Origin: an uncultured Candidatus Saccharibacteria bacterium
GTDB lineage: Bacteria > Patescibacteriota > JAUYIX01 > CAYNWW01
Reading direction: 5' to 3'
Assembly (NCBI GenBank): GCA_964401055.1
Contig: CAYNWW010000004.1
Span: 13,390-77,389 of the forward strand
DNA: 64,000 bases
How positions within the stretch are numbered: position 1 is the first letter of the stretch; each line of letters opens with the position of its first letter. Shown one piece after another: positions 19,776 through 29,926 of the stretch. Under the pieces are notes generated by a model, which did not search any database, was not told the origin of the DNA, and saw only the letters and a program-made list of their open reading frames with translations. Both the position numbers and the translations under genes were made by a program.

Positions 19776-22163
19776 TTATTTTGGCAAAAAGCGGGGCGGT
19801 TTCACGCCGGCGATTTTTGAGATTGCGTTGAGGTCGCGGAGACCTACTTTTCCGATGTAGAGCTTACGAATATCTCCGCCGCGCGCCACAAATGCGGCAA
19901 TATCTTTTTTGCCTTTGAAATACAAATAATATCGCGTGAAGGCGCCTGGTTTCGAGGTGTCGCCCATGCCGCGTTTGACTTTGAATGTAATGCTCCAGGA
20001 TTTTTCTGGGGACACACCGAGTGCGCAGAGAGCGTTGTAGGTTTCGCGAAATGAGCTGCGAAGTGCGAGATCGGTTGCGATCACGAGAAGCGCGGTGGTG
20101 TCGAAGCGGCGAGGGTTTTTGTAGATGCGTTCTTTGTTATAAATCGCCAAGCCTTCCTCGGTCGCGAGATAGTCGGCGAAGCGCGAGAGAAAAATTTTGT
20201 ATGGTTGCTGAAGGGCATTTTGGCGGCGGAGCATGTGGGTGTCGATCTCGTGTGCGAGCGTGCCTTGGAGTTCGAGAGCGGTAAAACGTGCGTTGGTGCG
20301 AAGTTTGATGGTGGGCACGCCGGCAAGCGCATGAATAGAAATGCGCGTTGGGAGATTTTTTTCGATTACCAGTTTGTATGGAAATCCATACTCGGCCATC
20401 TTTTTTTTGATCACTGCAAGTGTTGATTTGAATTTGAGTGGCTTTTCTCGGCCTTCGCGCGTATTGGCACTGCGTTCGGCGCGATATTCTTTGAGTGCGA
20501 GCTCGACAAGAGCCGCATCCGGTGCGCCATAAAGTTCTTGTGCGAATTTTGAAAAATCCGGCTTGCCGATGTGCTCGCGCAATCTGACTTTTTTGAAATC
20601 CTCATCGCGTTTGCGCGCGAGAAGCTGGTCGATCGGGTTATTATCAAATTTCATTTCATTGAGTTTTTCTTTGATGTGCGCAATCTCAGTCAGCACGGGT
20701 GGATACAAAAACTGTGGATTTGTGTCAGATGAAGCAAAAAATGCCCGCTTTTCTTCTTCGTAGTTGCTCGGACGCAGGCGGTTGAGCACCGGAATTCGCT
20801 GTGAAATAGTGGCAAGACGCTTGTCCAAGACTTTGCTTCGCGCAATCTTGCTTTCTTTTTCGGTTGGTTTGCGCTTGAGCGGATCAATGTAAAAGCCTTG
20901 CAAATCTTTTTTGCCGATGACAAGTGAAGAGGTGAGCTCGTCGTCTTTTGCCACGCGTGCAGTGGTTGCGATGCGCTCGTCATCGAGATAAAATTCGATA
21001 TCGGCGAGTTTGCGCTTGCGTTTCGGTTCTGTTGGGACGGGCTCGGTGGTGATTTCGAGGCGTAGTTCGTTTGCAAGGCTTTCGCGGATGGCGCTGAGCC
21101 CGAGTGATGTGTCAATCCGTGCGATCAGGTGATAAAATTTTCCATCATGTATTTTGAGCCGTACCGGCTCCACGAGCCCGATGACGTGCCGACCGGAAAT
21201 GTCCTCGATTTTTCGTTCGATATCGCCGCCAAATAATTCGCGCGCGACTTTGATCCCTTTGGATACACTGTCGATTTTAAGTCCGCGCACGCGACGGAGT
21301 CTACCGGCGAGCCCTGCGCGCGTCACATTTTGAATTTCCAGACCGGGGCGCGCATTGAGTTCGAGTACGATCGGGCCAAGATTTTTGTCCAGCGCGATAT
21401 CTGCTCCGAGGTAGCCGATGCCTGTCACGCGCTGACAGCGGACGGCGATTTCGAGAATTTCATCCCAAAAAGGAATTTGGAAATCTCGCAGATCCTCCGC
21501 AGTGTCGGGATGTTTGTCGAGCGAGTGGCGCCGTGGCTTTTTGACGAGCGCGGTTGTGGTCAACCCGGTCGCCAAATCAATCCCAATTCCAATTCCGCCT
21601 TGAGCCAGATTTGCTTTGCCGTTGGATTTTTTTGTGGAGACGCGCATCATGGCCATGATCGGTACGCCGTTGTACACGATGATTCGAATATCGGGAGTTC
21701 CTTTGTATGTCAAGCCGCGAAGTGCTTGGTGGTTGATGATGCGTTCTTCGAAAAATGCAACATCTGGTTGGTTGGAAATGGAAAAGTTGCCATCAAGAAT
21801 GTTGAGGATATGGCGCTTGAGATCGTTGAGGGTGTAATGTTCGCCTTTGGTCGTCACCCATGTCGTCACGCCGGAAGATTCGTCGCGCTCTTTGCGGCGG
21901 ATGACCACGATGCCTTCACCACCCGAACCTTGATTCGGCTTTATGACAAAGCTTTCGGGCAAAATGTCCCAGTTGAATTGATCCAAATCTTTTGTCGACC
22001 CGATCACTGCATGCAGTACGGCAGTTGGAATGGAATTTTTGATGAGCAGTCGCTTGGTGAGCAATTTGTTGTTTGCGATCCGAATAGCCGCGGGCGGATT
22101 GCTCCGACGCACATATTCAATGTTGCGCTCATTGATACCCAAGATATCATTTGTGCTTTGCAT
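19776..22163 (-). CDS. Fusion of an alpha-L-glutamate-ligase-like ATP-grasp, a RimK-associated aspartic-protease-like domain and a DUF1704 (MATCAP-like) metallopeptidase
   Basis: ATP-grasp: 'ILGINERN...NKLLTK...FVIKPNQGSGGEGI...PDIRIIV...KANLAQGG...LELNARPGLEIQ'. Protease-like: 'IGLVEPV...ARIDTS...LVIGKKDLQGFYIDP'. Peptidase: 'NPQFLY...HEIDTH...TEEGLA...VKRG...LYIGKV'. Confidence 0.88.
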   Translation of the reverse strand: MQSTNDILGINERNIEYVRRSNPPAAIRIANNKLLTKRLLIKNSIPTAVLHAVIGSTKDLDQFNWDILPESFVIKPNQGSGGEGIVVIRRKERDESSGVTTWVTTKGEHYTLNDLKRHILNILDGNFSISNQPDVAFFEERIINHQALRGLTYKGTPDIRIIVYNGVPIMAMMRVSTKKSNGKANLAQGGIGIGIDLATGLTTTALVKKPRRHSLDKHPDTAEDLRDFQIPFWDEILEIAVRCQRVTGIGYLGADIALDKNLGPIVLELNARPGLEIQNVTRAGLAGRLRRVRGLKIDSVSKGIKVARELFGGDIERKIEDISGRHVIGLVEPVRLKIHDGKFYHLIARIDTSLGLSAIRESLANELRLEITTEPVPTEPKRKRKLADIEFYLDDERIATTARVAKDDELTSSLVIGKKDLQGFYIDPLKRKPTEKESKIARSKVLDKRLATISQRIPVLNRLRPSNYEEEKRAFFASSDTNPQFLYPPVLTEIAHIKEKLNEMKFDNNPIDQLLARKRDEDFKKVRLREHIGKPDFSKFAQELYGAPDAALVELALKEYRAERSANTREGREKPLKFKSTLAVIKKKMAEYGFPYKLVIEKNLPTRISIHALAGVPTIKLRTNARFTALELQGTLAHEIDTHMLRRQNALQQPYKIFLSRFADYLATEEGLAIYNKERIYKNPRRFDTTALLVIATDLALRSSFRETYNALCALGVSPEKSWSITFKVKRGMGDTSKPGAFTRYYLYFKGKKDIAAFVARGGDIRKLYIGKVGLRDLNAISKIAGVKPPRFLPK

Positions 22164-22172
22164 GAACGGAAA

Positions 22173-23717
22173 TTATTCTTCGTGAAATCGGAGCGCTTCT
22201 CGAAACCGGAGAAGCTCAAACAAGCGCAAGCCGGTCCAGCGACCGATCACCAGATTGATTACTACCACGAGCAAGATGATCTCCGGATAGTTGATGACAA
22301 ATGATTGCAGTACGTCCCAGCTCAAAATGTAATAGCTCAATACCGAGAGGAGGACGGTTTCAAGCGATAACATGAGCGCTTCAAACGAACCTTTTTCGAT
22401 TTGCACCGAAATAAATTTTTCCACAATAATAATCAGCAGCAGCATCGGGAAAAATGATGTTGCAACTACCGGCATGTTGAAAAATGCCATTGTCGCGAGT
22501 ACCCCGAGAAGCGAGAGTGCGACCGCGGTGAGCACGAGCGCCATTTTGGGAAAATAGAAGAAATGAAATCGCTTCAAAATAAATCGGACGAGCGTGCCGG
22601 TGCCGAGCACAACCGCGAGAATAATCAATCCAATTTTGATCCCAAGCGCAAGAAATGACAGTGTGATGATCGCAGGGGCATAAATACCAAACGCTTTCAA
22701 GCCAATAATCTGTCGCGCCAACACAATGATTGTGGCAATAATCGGAAAAATGAGAATCAGTGTGATCGTGTTGATGGGAATTCCTTTGTTGACCATGTAG
22801 TTGACCAGGTAGGATAGGAAATTGAGCGGTCCGAGTTTGCCGCCACCGCGCTCGCTATGAATTCCGATCACTGAATATTCAACACTCGCTTTTTGGAGAG
22901 TTTGGGCAAGCGTGCCTCGCTGAGAAATTGTCGCATCACTGATGACGCCCATTGCTTGCGGTCTGGTGAGGATGATGGATTCCGGGCGCAGGAGATCAAA
23001 CGCGGATTGTGCCGTGCGCGCGATGACTCCAAAATTTTGATCAGTGAGAACGATGACTGTTTTGTGCGCAAAATTTAAATCACTGAGGTTGTGTGCGGCT
23101 TGTGCGAATTGGCTCAGGATGTTGAGGCCGGTGTTGCCGGATGTCCAGGTGATAATCGTATCTGCTTTGCGTACAAAATCGGTGTTGGCAAGTAGTATTT
23201 GTGTGAGCTGAGCTTCTTGCAAAAAGTCTCCGTTGCCGCTGCGATCTGCAATGGTGAACAGAAGTCGTCCTTGGCGTGCGCTAAATCGTTCGAATTGTTT
23301 GACCGTTGCAGCGTCGGTAGATGTGTCGGTCACCAAAATGTCGATGTGATCAAAGACCGATACCACAATTTCGTCGTACGAGCTTGTGCCCGCCTGCGTA
23401 TTGACGGTAAATCTGACGGCGTAATCACCTGGTTTTGCGTATTCGTGCGATGCGGTACCGCCAGCTGTGGTGATTTTTGCGCCATCGCCAAAGTCCCAAT
23501 TGTATGTCAGAGGGGAATTGTCCGAATTAATCGACGCCGATGAATCAAAAACTACCGATCTGCCAACGATCGTACTACGATCATCGCCGATTTCTGCATG
23601 TAGTTGGGGAGCCGTAACTTGTGGAGGCGTCGCATCTTGGGCATGCACTGGTTGTGTTGTGAATGAGCCGGCAAAAATTGTTGCGCATATCGTCAATGCC
23701 AGCAAGCGTGTGTTCAT
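22173..23717 (-). CDS. Signal peptide + PKD domain + 7TM_transglut-type seven-helix membrane protein
   Basis: PKD 'YNWDFGDG...HEYAKPGDYAV'. 7TM 'PIIATIIVLARQIIGLKAFGIYAP...FFPMLLL...IEK...GRWTGLRLFELLRFR'. Confidence 0.85.
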   Translation of the reverse strand: MNTRLLALTICATIFAGSFTTQPVHAQDATPPQVTAPQLHAEIGDDRSTIVGRSVVFDSSASINSDNSPLTYNWDFGDGAKITTAGGTASHEYAKPGDYAVRFTVNTQAGTSSYDEIVVSVFDHIDILVTDTSTDAATVKQFERFSARQGRLLFTIADRSGNGDFLQEAQLTQILLANTDFVRKADTIITWTSGNTGLNILSQFAQAAHNLSDLNFAHKTVIVLTDQNFGVIARTAQSAFDLLRPESIILTRPQAMGVISDATISQRGTLAQTLQKASVEYSVIGIHSERGGGKLGPLNFLSYLVNYMVNKGIPINTITLILIFPIIATIIVLARQIIGLKAFGIYAPAIITLSFLALGIKIGLIILAVVLGTGTLVRFILKRFHFFYFPKMALVLTAVALSLLGVLATMAFFNMPVVATSFFPMLLLIIIVEKFISVQIEKGSFEALMLSLETVLLSVLSYYILSWDVLQSFVINYPEIILLVVVINLVIGRWTGLRLFELLRFREALRFHEE

Positions 23718-23721
23718 GGTG

Positions 23722-24228
23722 CTAATTAGTGATGAGACTTTGTGAGGCCGCGTGAAGTTTGATGCGGAATGCATGGCAGAGTGCGCCGGCGATTGCATCA
23801 ACCGCGTCGTCCGGCGTGGGTGTGGTGGTGATGCGAAGGGTGAGTTGAGTCATTTTCAAAACTTGAGATTTGGTGGCGCGACCAAAACCGGTGACAGTTT
23901 GCTTGATCTCAAGAGGGGTGTATTCAAAAATAGGAATCGCGCGGGCGGCGATGCGCTCGACGGTGACGCCGCGTGCGTGTGCGACATTGAGTGCGGTGGT
24001 GGTGTTTTGTGCAAAAAATAATTTTTCAATCGAGACAACGTCTGGTCGTGCCGCTTCTAGAATTTCTTCCAAATCTCGTCGGAGAATAGTCAGTCGATGC
24101 ACAAATTCGGTGTTCGCGGGCGTAGTGATAACGCCAAAATCATGCAGCGAGAGCGAGGCGTCCGGCGCCACGTCCACCACGCCAAATCCGGTGATCCCGA
24201 ATCCGGGATCAATTCCCAAAATCCGCAT
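23722..24228 (-). CDS. ruvC: Holliday junction resolvase RuvC
   Basis: 'MRILGIDPG..TGFGV...IEKLFF..N...HARGV...EYTP..IK..VTG.G.A.K...DDAVDAIA'. Confidence 0.97.
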   Translation of the reverse strand: MRILGIDPGFGITGFGVVDVAPDASLSLHDFGVITTPANTEFVHRLTILRRDLEEILEAARPDVVSIEKLFFAQNTTTALNVAHARGVTVERIAARAIPIFEYTPLEIKQTVTGFGRATKSQVLKMTQLTLRITTTPTPDDAVDAIAGALCHAFRIKLHAASQSLITN

Positions 24229-24940
24229 TGAGGTAGACTTCGGTCATATCATCGTTGTCATCGAGCTGGTTGAGGACGTCAGTGACGGCTTCAACGTCGG
24301 CCGGATTTGTGATGGTAATACGTTCTTTTGGCTTATAAATAATCTGCGCGGATTTGATCTGTGCGCCTCGCGCTTCAAATGCGCGTTTGACCGCAGCGAG
24401 TTCGGTAGGTTTTGTATATGCGACGTATTCGTCTGCGTCTGTTGTCGCATCTTCCGCGCCGCATTCGACAGCGAGAAGCAAAAAATCATCCGCGGTGCCG
24501 GCGGTTGTGGGTGGCATGACAAGCTCGCCCACGATGTCAAACATCCAAGCGACGCTGTTGCGTGCGCCAACCGTGCAGCCCGCGCGGCTCAGGATGTGTT
24601 TGATGTCTGAGTTGGTGCGGTTTTTATTATCTGTGACCGCCTTGGCAATAATTTTTGTGCCAGCCGGTCCGAATATTTCAAATGTCATCTCTTCCAACTC
24701 TTGCGCATCTTTGCCGCCGACGGCTTTTTCGATCGCGCGCTTGATGTTGTCATTGGGCAGATTGCCTTCGCGCGCTTTGTCTACGGCGAGGCGGAGGCGA
24801 AAGTTGGTGTCGGGATCGCCACCGCCGGCGCGTGCAGCCACGGTGATGAGTCGTGAGAGCTTGGTAAAAGACACGCCTTTTTTGGAGTCGGTCGCGGCTT
24901 TCTTATGCTTAATTTGTTTCCATTTGGAATGGCCGGACAT
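24209..24940 (-). CDS. yebC: YebC/PmpR family protein
   Basis: 'MSGHSKWKQIKHKK...GGGDPDTNFRLR...TDNKNRT'; adjacent to ruvC. Confidence 0.96.
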   Translation of the reverse strand: MSGHSKWKQIKHKKAATDSKKGVSFTKLSRLITVAARAGGGDPDTNFRLRLAVDKAREGNLPNDNIKRAIEKAVGGKDAQELEEMTFEIFGPAGTKIIAKAVTDNKNRTNSDIKHILSRAGCTVGARNSVAWMFDIVGELVMPPTTAGTADDFLLLAVECGAEDATTDADEYVAYTKPTELAAVKRAFEARGAQIKSAQIIYKPKERITITNPADVEAVTDVLNQLDDNDDMTEVYLNADFGN

Positions 24941-24966
24941 AGGTATGTGTCGGTGAATACGGCCGA

Positions 24967-24995
24967 ATAATACTCCGATGCGTGGCCGTTGTCAA
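24967..24995 (-). promoter_or_regulatory. Putative promoter of the yebC-ruvC-7TM-ligase operon
   Basis: Minus strand TTGACA, 17 nt spacer, TATTAT. Confidence 0.7.
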
Positions 24996-25009
24996 CCCTT
25001 CGCGTGCGC

Positions 25010-27055
25010 TTACAGCGCCAGAATTATTTTTCGGATTAAATCGTTTTTTGAATCCGCGACGTAGAGATTTTTTCCTACAACGAGGAGGCCTTTTGGATCA
25101 TTGAATCGGGCGAGCGCGCCCACGCCGTTGCGATAGCCTTTGATCCCTTCTGTGCCTGCGACTGTGGTGACTGCGCGTGTGGCTATGTTGATACGGCGAA
25201 TTTTATTTCCGCCCGCTTCGGAAACATACAAATAGCTTCCTGAGATCGCCACATATTCTGGAATAGAGAAAAATGCAGCTGTGCCTATCGCGTCGCGATA
25301 TCCTGAGCGTCCTGCACCCGCAAACGTTTCCACTTTTCCATCACTGATGCGGACGCGTCGGATGGCGCTATTGTAACTGTCGGCGACATACAAATATGTG
25401 TTTGTGGAGTCGACTGCAACGCCCATCGGGCGGTTGAATTTTGCTGCTGCGCCTGTGCCATTGGTGTAGCCCGCGCTTGAGCCTGCGAGAAAACTCGTAG
25501 ATCCGTCGCTGGTGCTGACTTTGCGAATGCGCGCGTTGGATGTGTCGACCACGTAGAGCGTGGAGTTGTCTGGCGAAATCGCGATGCCGCGCGGATTGTC
25601 GAACTTGGCGGAGGTCGCCGAGCCTTCGGCATATCCGTTGCCCGAACCGGTCACGTTGGTGTTGCCGCTACCTGAAACGAAGGATGAGGTGCGCGTTGCA
25701 ATATCAACTTTGCGAATGCGGTTGTTCCAAGTGTCTGTGAAATAAATAGTGCTGCGAGTTGAATCAACCGCGAGGCTGGAGATGGTGCTTGCGCGGCCGG
25801 TCGATCCGGTCGCGTCTTTGTAATTGTCGATGCTATTTCCCCAGATTGCGGTGCGCGTGGCGGTCGGGAGATACACTTCGCTGAGCTTGTTGTTTTCCGC
25901 GACGTACATACAGTTGTCATCGCTCGACGCTTTTGCAAGCGCCCATGGTCGTCCGACATTTGCAGCCGGGGCGTCACCATCATTGTTTTCAAATCGATCG
26001 CTGCCGATGTAAATTCCTTGATCGGTCGTCGGTGCGGATTTTCCAAAGCGATAAATGGTGCCCAGCCCGGAGTTTGCGACGTAGATGTTGGACGCGTCGA
26101 GTGTGATGCCGGCCGGGAAATTGAGCGAGGTCATGGTTTTGTCTGATGCGACCAGTGAAGTTGTGCCGGTGGCGATGTTGATTTTGCGCAATTTGTCCGT
26201 GAAGCCGTTGCCGTCGGTGACGTAGAGTGAGTCGCCGTCGCGGGCGATGCCCCACACAGTTTGAAACGAAGCTGCAGCGCCGGTGCCTTCGGCATACGCA
26301 TTGCTGCCGCTGCCGGCGATGAGTGTTTGTGCGCCGGTTGCGATGGTGATTGCGACGACTTTGTGCGCGCCGGTTGAGGTGACGTAGAGTGTTTTGCCGT
26401 TACCTGAGATTGCCATTTTTCGTGGGCCGCTGAGGAGGCCGCCGCTTGCGAGCGTGTGCATGATGCCAGCGCCCGCGCCGCTGCGATACATCCATTTGAT
26501 GGCGTTGTTGCCGGTGTCGGCGATGAAGAGGCGGCTTGCGGTCGCGAGCACGCCTTCCGGTTTGTTGAGTCCTGAGGCGAACAGAGTGACTGGGCCGCGC
26601 GCGGTGGTGGATTTTTTAATTTTGTTGTTACCGGTGTCGGCGATGTAGATCGTGCCGTCGGATGCAACCGCAATGCCTTTTGGTTCAGCAAATTGTGCGC
26701 TGGGTGCGAGGCCGAGACTGTCGCCGTATGAGCCGCTTCCGAGAAATTTCGAAAGCATGCTGGTGCTTGCGGTCATGCGTTTGATCATACTATTGTTGGT
26801 GTCGGCGATAAAAAAATCTCCGCTCGTCGGATCGATTGCGACATCTTGTGCGAAATCCAAATATGCGTATGCCGAAGTTTTTTCTGCGCTGTTTCTGCCG
26901 AACACGCTACTCATAAATGTGGAGACGTCACCGACGGCTCGAATGTGTGGGCGAGCGAGGGCTGTTGTCGCTGAAGCAGTCTGAGGTGATGTGCTGATGA
27001 GTGTCGCGGCAAGTAGTACAAGCGCACTCGCAGCAAATGTTGTTGTTTGTTTCAT
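25010..27055 (-). CDS. Secreted NHL-repeat beta-propeller protein
   Basis: Signal peptide and many 'F..P.GIA....G..YIAD.GN..I.K' repeats. Confidence 0.9.
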   Translation of the reverse strand: MKQTTTFAASALVLLAATLISTSPQTASATTALARPHIRAVGDVSTFMSSVFGRNSAEKTSAYAYLDFAQDVAIDPTSGDFFIADTNNSMIKRMTASTSMLSKFLGSGSYGDSLGLAPSAQFAEPKGIAVASDGTIYIADTGNNKIKKSTTARGPVTLFASGLNKPEGVLATASRLFIADTGNNAIKWMYRSGAGAGIMHTLASGGLLSGPRKMAISGNGKTLYVTSTGAHKVVAITIATGAQTLIAGSGSNAYAEGTGAAASFQTVWGIARDGDSLYVTDGNGFTDKLRKINIATGTTSLVASDKTMTSLNFPAGITLDASNIYVANSGLGTIYRFGKSAPTTDQGIYIGSDRFENNDGDAPAANVGRPWALAKASSDDNCMYVAENNKLSEVYLPTATRTAIWGNSIDNYKDATGSTGRASTISSLAVDSTRSTIYFTDTWNNRIRKVDIATRTSSFVSGSGNTNVTGSGNGYAEGSATSAKFDNPRGIAISPDNSTLYVVDTSNARIRKVSTSDGSTSFLAGSSAGYTNGTGAAAKFNRPMGVAVDSTNTYLYVADSYNSAIRRVRISDGKVETFAGAGRSGYRDAIGTAAFFSIPEYVAISGSYLYVSEAGGNKIRRINIATRAVTTVAGTEGIKGYRNGVGALARFNDPKGLLVVGKNLYVADSKNDLIRKIILAL

Positions 27056-27130
27056 AGGTACAATTAATGATCTGATAATCTTAATGCAGTATACAATGCG
27101 AGCAAGTCATCCGCGAGCAAGAAAAAAGAC

Positions 27131-27439
27131 TTATGCGTGTGCATAAGTCTCGGCGATGAGAGCGAGGATTTGAGGAGGGATTTCTTCCTCGCGAATTGTC
27201 TTTGACAGTATGACTGAACCGCCAGTGGTCTGCCAATACTTTTTTTGCATATCGAATGCGTATTCGCAAACCGCGGCAGTACGCCCGCTCGCAAATATTT
27301 TTTGAACCCACACGTTGATATGAGTCTCTGCCCTTTCAATAAGAATTGTTCCTTGTAGAGCAACTTGAATGACACCATGGATGTCTTCGAAGATTATAAC
27401 TGGCTTTTTATCTAGCCACTCGCCCAACTCGAATCGCAA
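27131..27439 (-). CDS. Hypothetical protein
   Basis: AGGAGGT SD before a TTG at 27439 (MRFELGEWLDKK...), 102 aa. Confidence 0.55.
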   Translation of the reverse strand: MRFELGEWLDKKPVIIFEDIHGVIQVALQGTILIERAETHINVWVQKIFASGRTAAVCEYAFDMQKKYWQTTGGSVILSKTIREEEIPPQILALIAETYAHA

Positions 27440-27526
27440 GCTAACCTCCTGAAATGCATTGATTCGCACGACGTGTGCGCTCAACGACATTCAAAGATAT
27501 CATTGAAAAAATTGCGCGTCAAGACC

Positions 27527-28573
27527 CTACAGCAAGCTTGGATTTTGCATGCGCGCCATGGCGGTTTGGCGCTCAATCAAGCCGCGGCGGTACAAATCGC
27601 GCACCGAGGAGTCCATGGTTTGCATTCCTTCTTTGGCGCTGGTCTGCAAAAAGCTTCGAATCTGGGAGATTTTGTTTTCGCGGATCAGGTTGGCGACGGC
27701 CATGGTGTTGACGAGGATTTCGCGCGCGGCGATGCGGCCGCCGCCGATTTTTGGCAGCAAGGCTTGGGTAATAATTCCACGCAGTGACAATGACAATTGC
27801 AGCCGAATTTGGTTTTGCTGATCCGGCGGAAAAATATCAATAATGCGATCAATAGTTTGTGCGGCGTCGTAGGTGTGCAGCGTCGTCATAACGAGGTGAC
27901 CGGTTTCGGCGAGCGTTAGCGTAGCGGCCGTCGTTTCGAGATCGCGCATTTCGCCGACGAGAATCACGTTGGGGTCTTGGCGCAAGACGTGTTTGAGCGC
28001 GCCATCAAACGTGAGAAAATCCGATCCCAGTTCGCGCTGTTTGATAATGCTTTTATTGTGTCGGTACATAAATTCGACCGGGTCTTCGAGCGTGATGATG
28101 TGCGCGTTGCGTTCGGAATTGATGAGTTCAATCATGGCCGCAAGCGTGGTGGATTTACCGCTGCCGGCAGGCCCGGTGACAAGGATGAGCCCGTGATGCA
28201 TGCGCGCAAATCGGTACGCGATGCTCGGCATGTCGAGATCTTCCATGCGCGGAATGTCGGCAGTGATGATGCGCGCGACGAGTGCGAGCGTGTGGCGTTC
28301 CCACAACATGTTGATGCGGAAACGGCCGACGGATGGAATCTGATACGACAAGTCCAACTCGCGTTCGCGGTCGAGTTGTTTTTGTTGCTGTTCAGACAGA
28401 ATGCTACGGCACATGCTGTCGATATCTTTGGTGCTTAGCGGTGATTCGTACAACGGAATTACTGACAGGACGCCATCTCTGCGCATCATGGGTGGCTTGT
28501 CAAACATTAAATGCACGTCAGATGCGTGGAGACTGCTCGCTTTGGTAAAAATATCGTCGATGGAAAAGCGCAT
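27527..28573 (-). CDS. pilT: Type IV pilus retraction ATPase PilT
   Basis: 'GPAGSGKSTT', 'TLEDPVE', 'LRQDPNVILVGEMRD', 'HLVMTTLHT', 'ANLIRE'. Confidence 0.95.
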   Translation of the reverse strand: MRFSIDDIFTKASSLHASDVHLMFDKPPMMRRDGVLSVIPLYESPLSTKDIDSMCRSILSEQQQKQLDRERELDLSYQIPSVGRFRINMLWERHTLALVARIITADIPRMEDLDMPSIAYRFARMHHGLILVTGPAGSGKSTTLAAMIELINSERNAHIITLEDPVEFMYRHNKSIIKQRELGSDFLTFDGALKHVLRQDPNVILVGEMRDLETTAATLTLAETGHLVMTTLHTYDAAQTIDRIIDIFPPDQQNQIRLQLSLSLRGIITQALLPKIGGGRIAAREILVNTMAVANLIRENKISQIRSFLQTSAKEGMQTMDSSVRDLYRRGLIERQTAMARMQNPSLL

Positions 28574-28585
28574 GAGCGCGGGATT

Positions 28586-29926
28586 TTATTTTTCTAACGT
28601 ATGTGTTTCTTGGAGGAGCTGAGAGATTCTTTTGATAAATGTTTTGCTGAGATCGATGTCGAGATTGGAAAATTCGGCGCGTTTGGTGAAGCAGATCAGG
28701 ACGCCGCTCTCTTGGTGAATCGGGAAATACGAGATCGAGATGATGGGCTGAGTCAGGTGTTGGAGTTGGATTCCGCTTGATTCTTCTTTGGTGAGGTTGA
28801 CTACTTGAAAGGGGAGACCTCGGGATTGAGCAAGTGAGATATAGGCTGGAAGCTTGGCAAGACCGGGGTCGGATCGACGAATGAGTTTGTTTTTTCCGTG
28901 GAGGAGGAGATGTGTCTGCCCGCGAGCAGATGAGTCCTCAAGTCTGAAACAAGCGAATTCGCCACCCAAAATCATGGTGATTGCTTCAATGATTTGGTAC
29001 ACGCTATCGAGTGAACGGTCTTCGCGATCGGGCATAAGGTTTTCGATGTCGATCACGGATGCGAGCTGACGATTTACTTTGCCTACTTCAATATAGGAAG
29101 TATGAAGTTCGGCGACTTTTTCGTCAAGATTTTTTGCGTATTGATGGAGTTCGCGCTGAAGCGTGACTTCTTTGGTGACGTCGTCAATGACTTGAACCAC
29201 GCCGATTGTGTTGTTGCGGTCGTCTTTGAGCGGGCCGAGACGAATGTGAAAATATTGAATGCCTTTGCGAGTCGATGGGTAGAGTTGGTAGCGAAATGAG
29301 CGCGCCTTGCCGGTGGCGATGACATCGCGAAATCCGTCGCGCACGGCCTTGCTCGCGTTGGGCGCATAGTTTTTGTATAAAATGCGGCCAAGAATTTCTT
29401 CTTTGGGTCGGCCGGAGATGCGCTCGTGCGCCGCATTTATTTTTGTGATGATGCCCATGGTGTCGGTCACCAGAATTCCGGCTGGAGAGCTGTCGATGAT
29501 GCGATCGTTGTATTCTTGCAAATACTGGATCATAGTTTTGAGCTCGGTCAGCTCGGTGATGTCTTGCAGCGAGGCGATCGCGCCAATGATGTCTCCGCGT
29601 TTGTCACGAAGCGGACTGCAGCGGGCATCAAGAAAGCGCGTTTGAGAATTGTGACGAAAGGGTGTTTCTTCGAGAATAGTGGTGCGGCCTTGGGTGAGCG
29701 CGGTGCGGAGTGCTGCGAGGAGTGCGGGTGCTTTGACGTCGAGGCACTGCACGGCCAAGTCCTGGCGCGCAGCTGCATCTTCGATGCCGGTAATGGTCTT
29801 GTATGCCGGATTTGCCTCAATCACCTGCTCTTGTTTGGAAATCACAAGCACGCCCACGAGCAATTGATCCAAAATGCTCTTGTTTAAGCCAGCTAATGAC
29901 GAAAATGTCGTGGCCGGTTGCTTCAT
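28586..29926 (-). CDS. PAS-PAS-coiled coil-GAF-like sensor protein with no output domain
   Basis: Two PAS/PAC units ending 'LQDITE' and 'IDDVTK'. No HisKA, GGDEF, EAL or HTH motif follows. Confidence 0.8.
   Translation of the reverse strand: MKQPATTFSSLAGLNKSILDQLLVGVLVISKQEQVIEANPAYKTITGIEDAAARQDLAVQCLDVKAPALLAALRTALTQGRTTILEETPFRHNSQTRFLDARCSPLRDKRGDIIGAIASLQDITELTELKTMIQYLQEYNDRIIDSSPAGILVTDTMGIITKINAAHERISGRPKEEILGRILYKNYAPNASKAVRDGFRDVIATGKARSFRYQLYPSTRKGIQYFHIRLGPLKDDRNNTIGVVQVIDDVTKEVTLQRELHQYAKNLDEKVAELHTSYIEVGKVNRQLASVIDIENLMPDREDRSLDSVYQIIEAITMILGGEFACFRLEDSSARGQTHLLLHGKNKLIRRSDPGLAKLPAYISLAQSRGLPFQVVNLTKEESSGIQLQHLTQPIISISYFPIHQESGVLICFTKRAEFSNLDIDLSKTFIKRISQLLQETHTLEK

Noticed and set aside
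25010-27055. Repetitive DNA in the NHL gene (also D-rich repeats at 44430-44570 and poly-Thr at 58790-58830) as a possible CRISPR or tandem array
   Set aside because: The repeats are degenerate, in frame and protein-level. There is no repeat-spacer periodicity and no cas gene.
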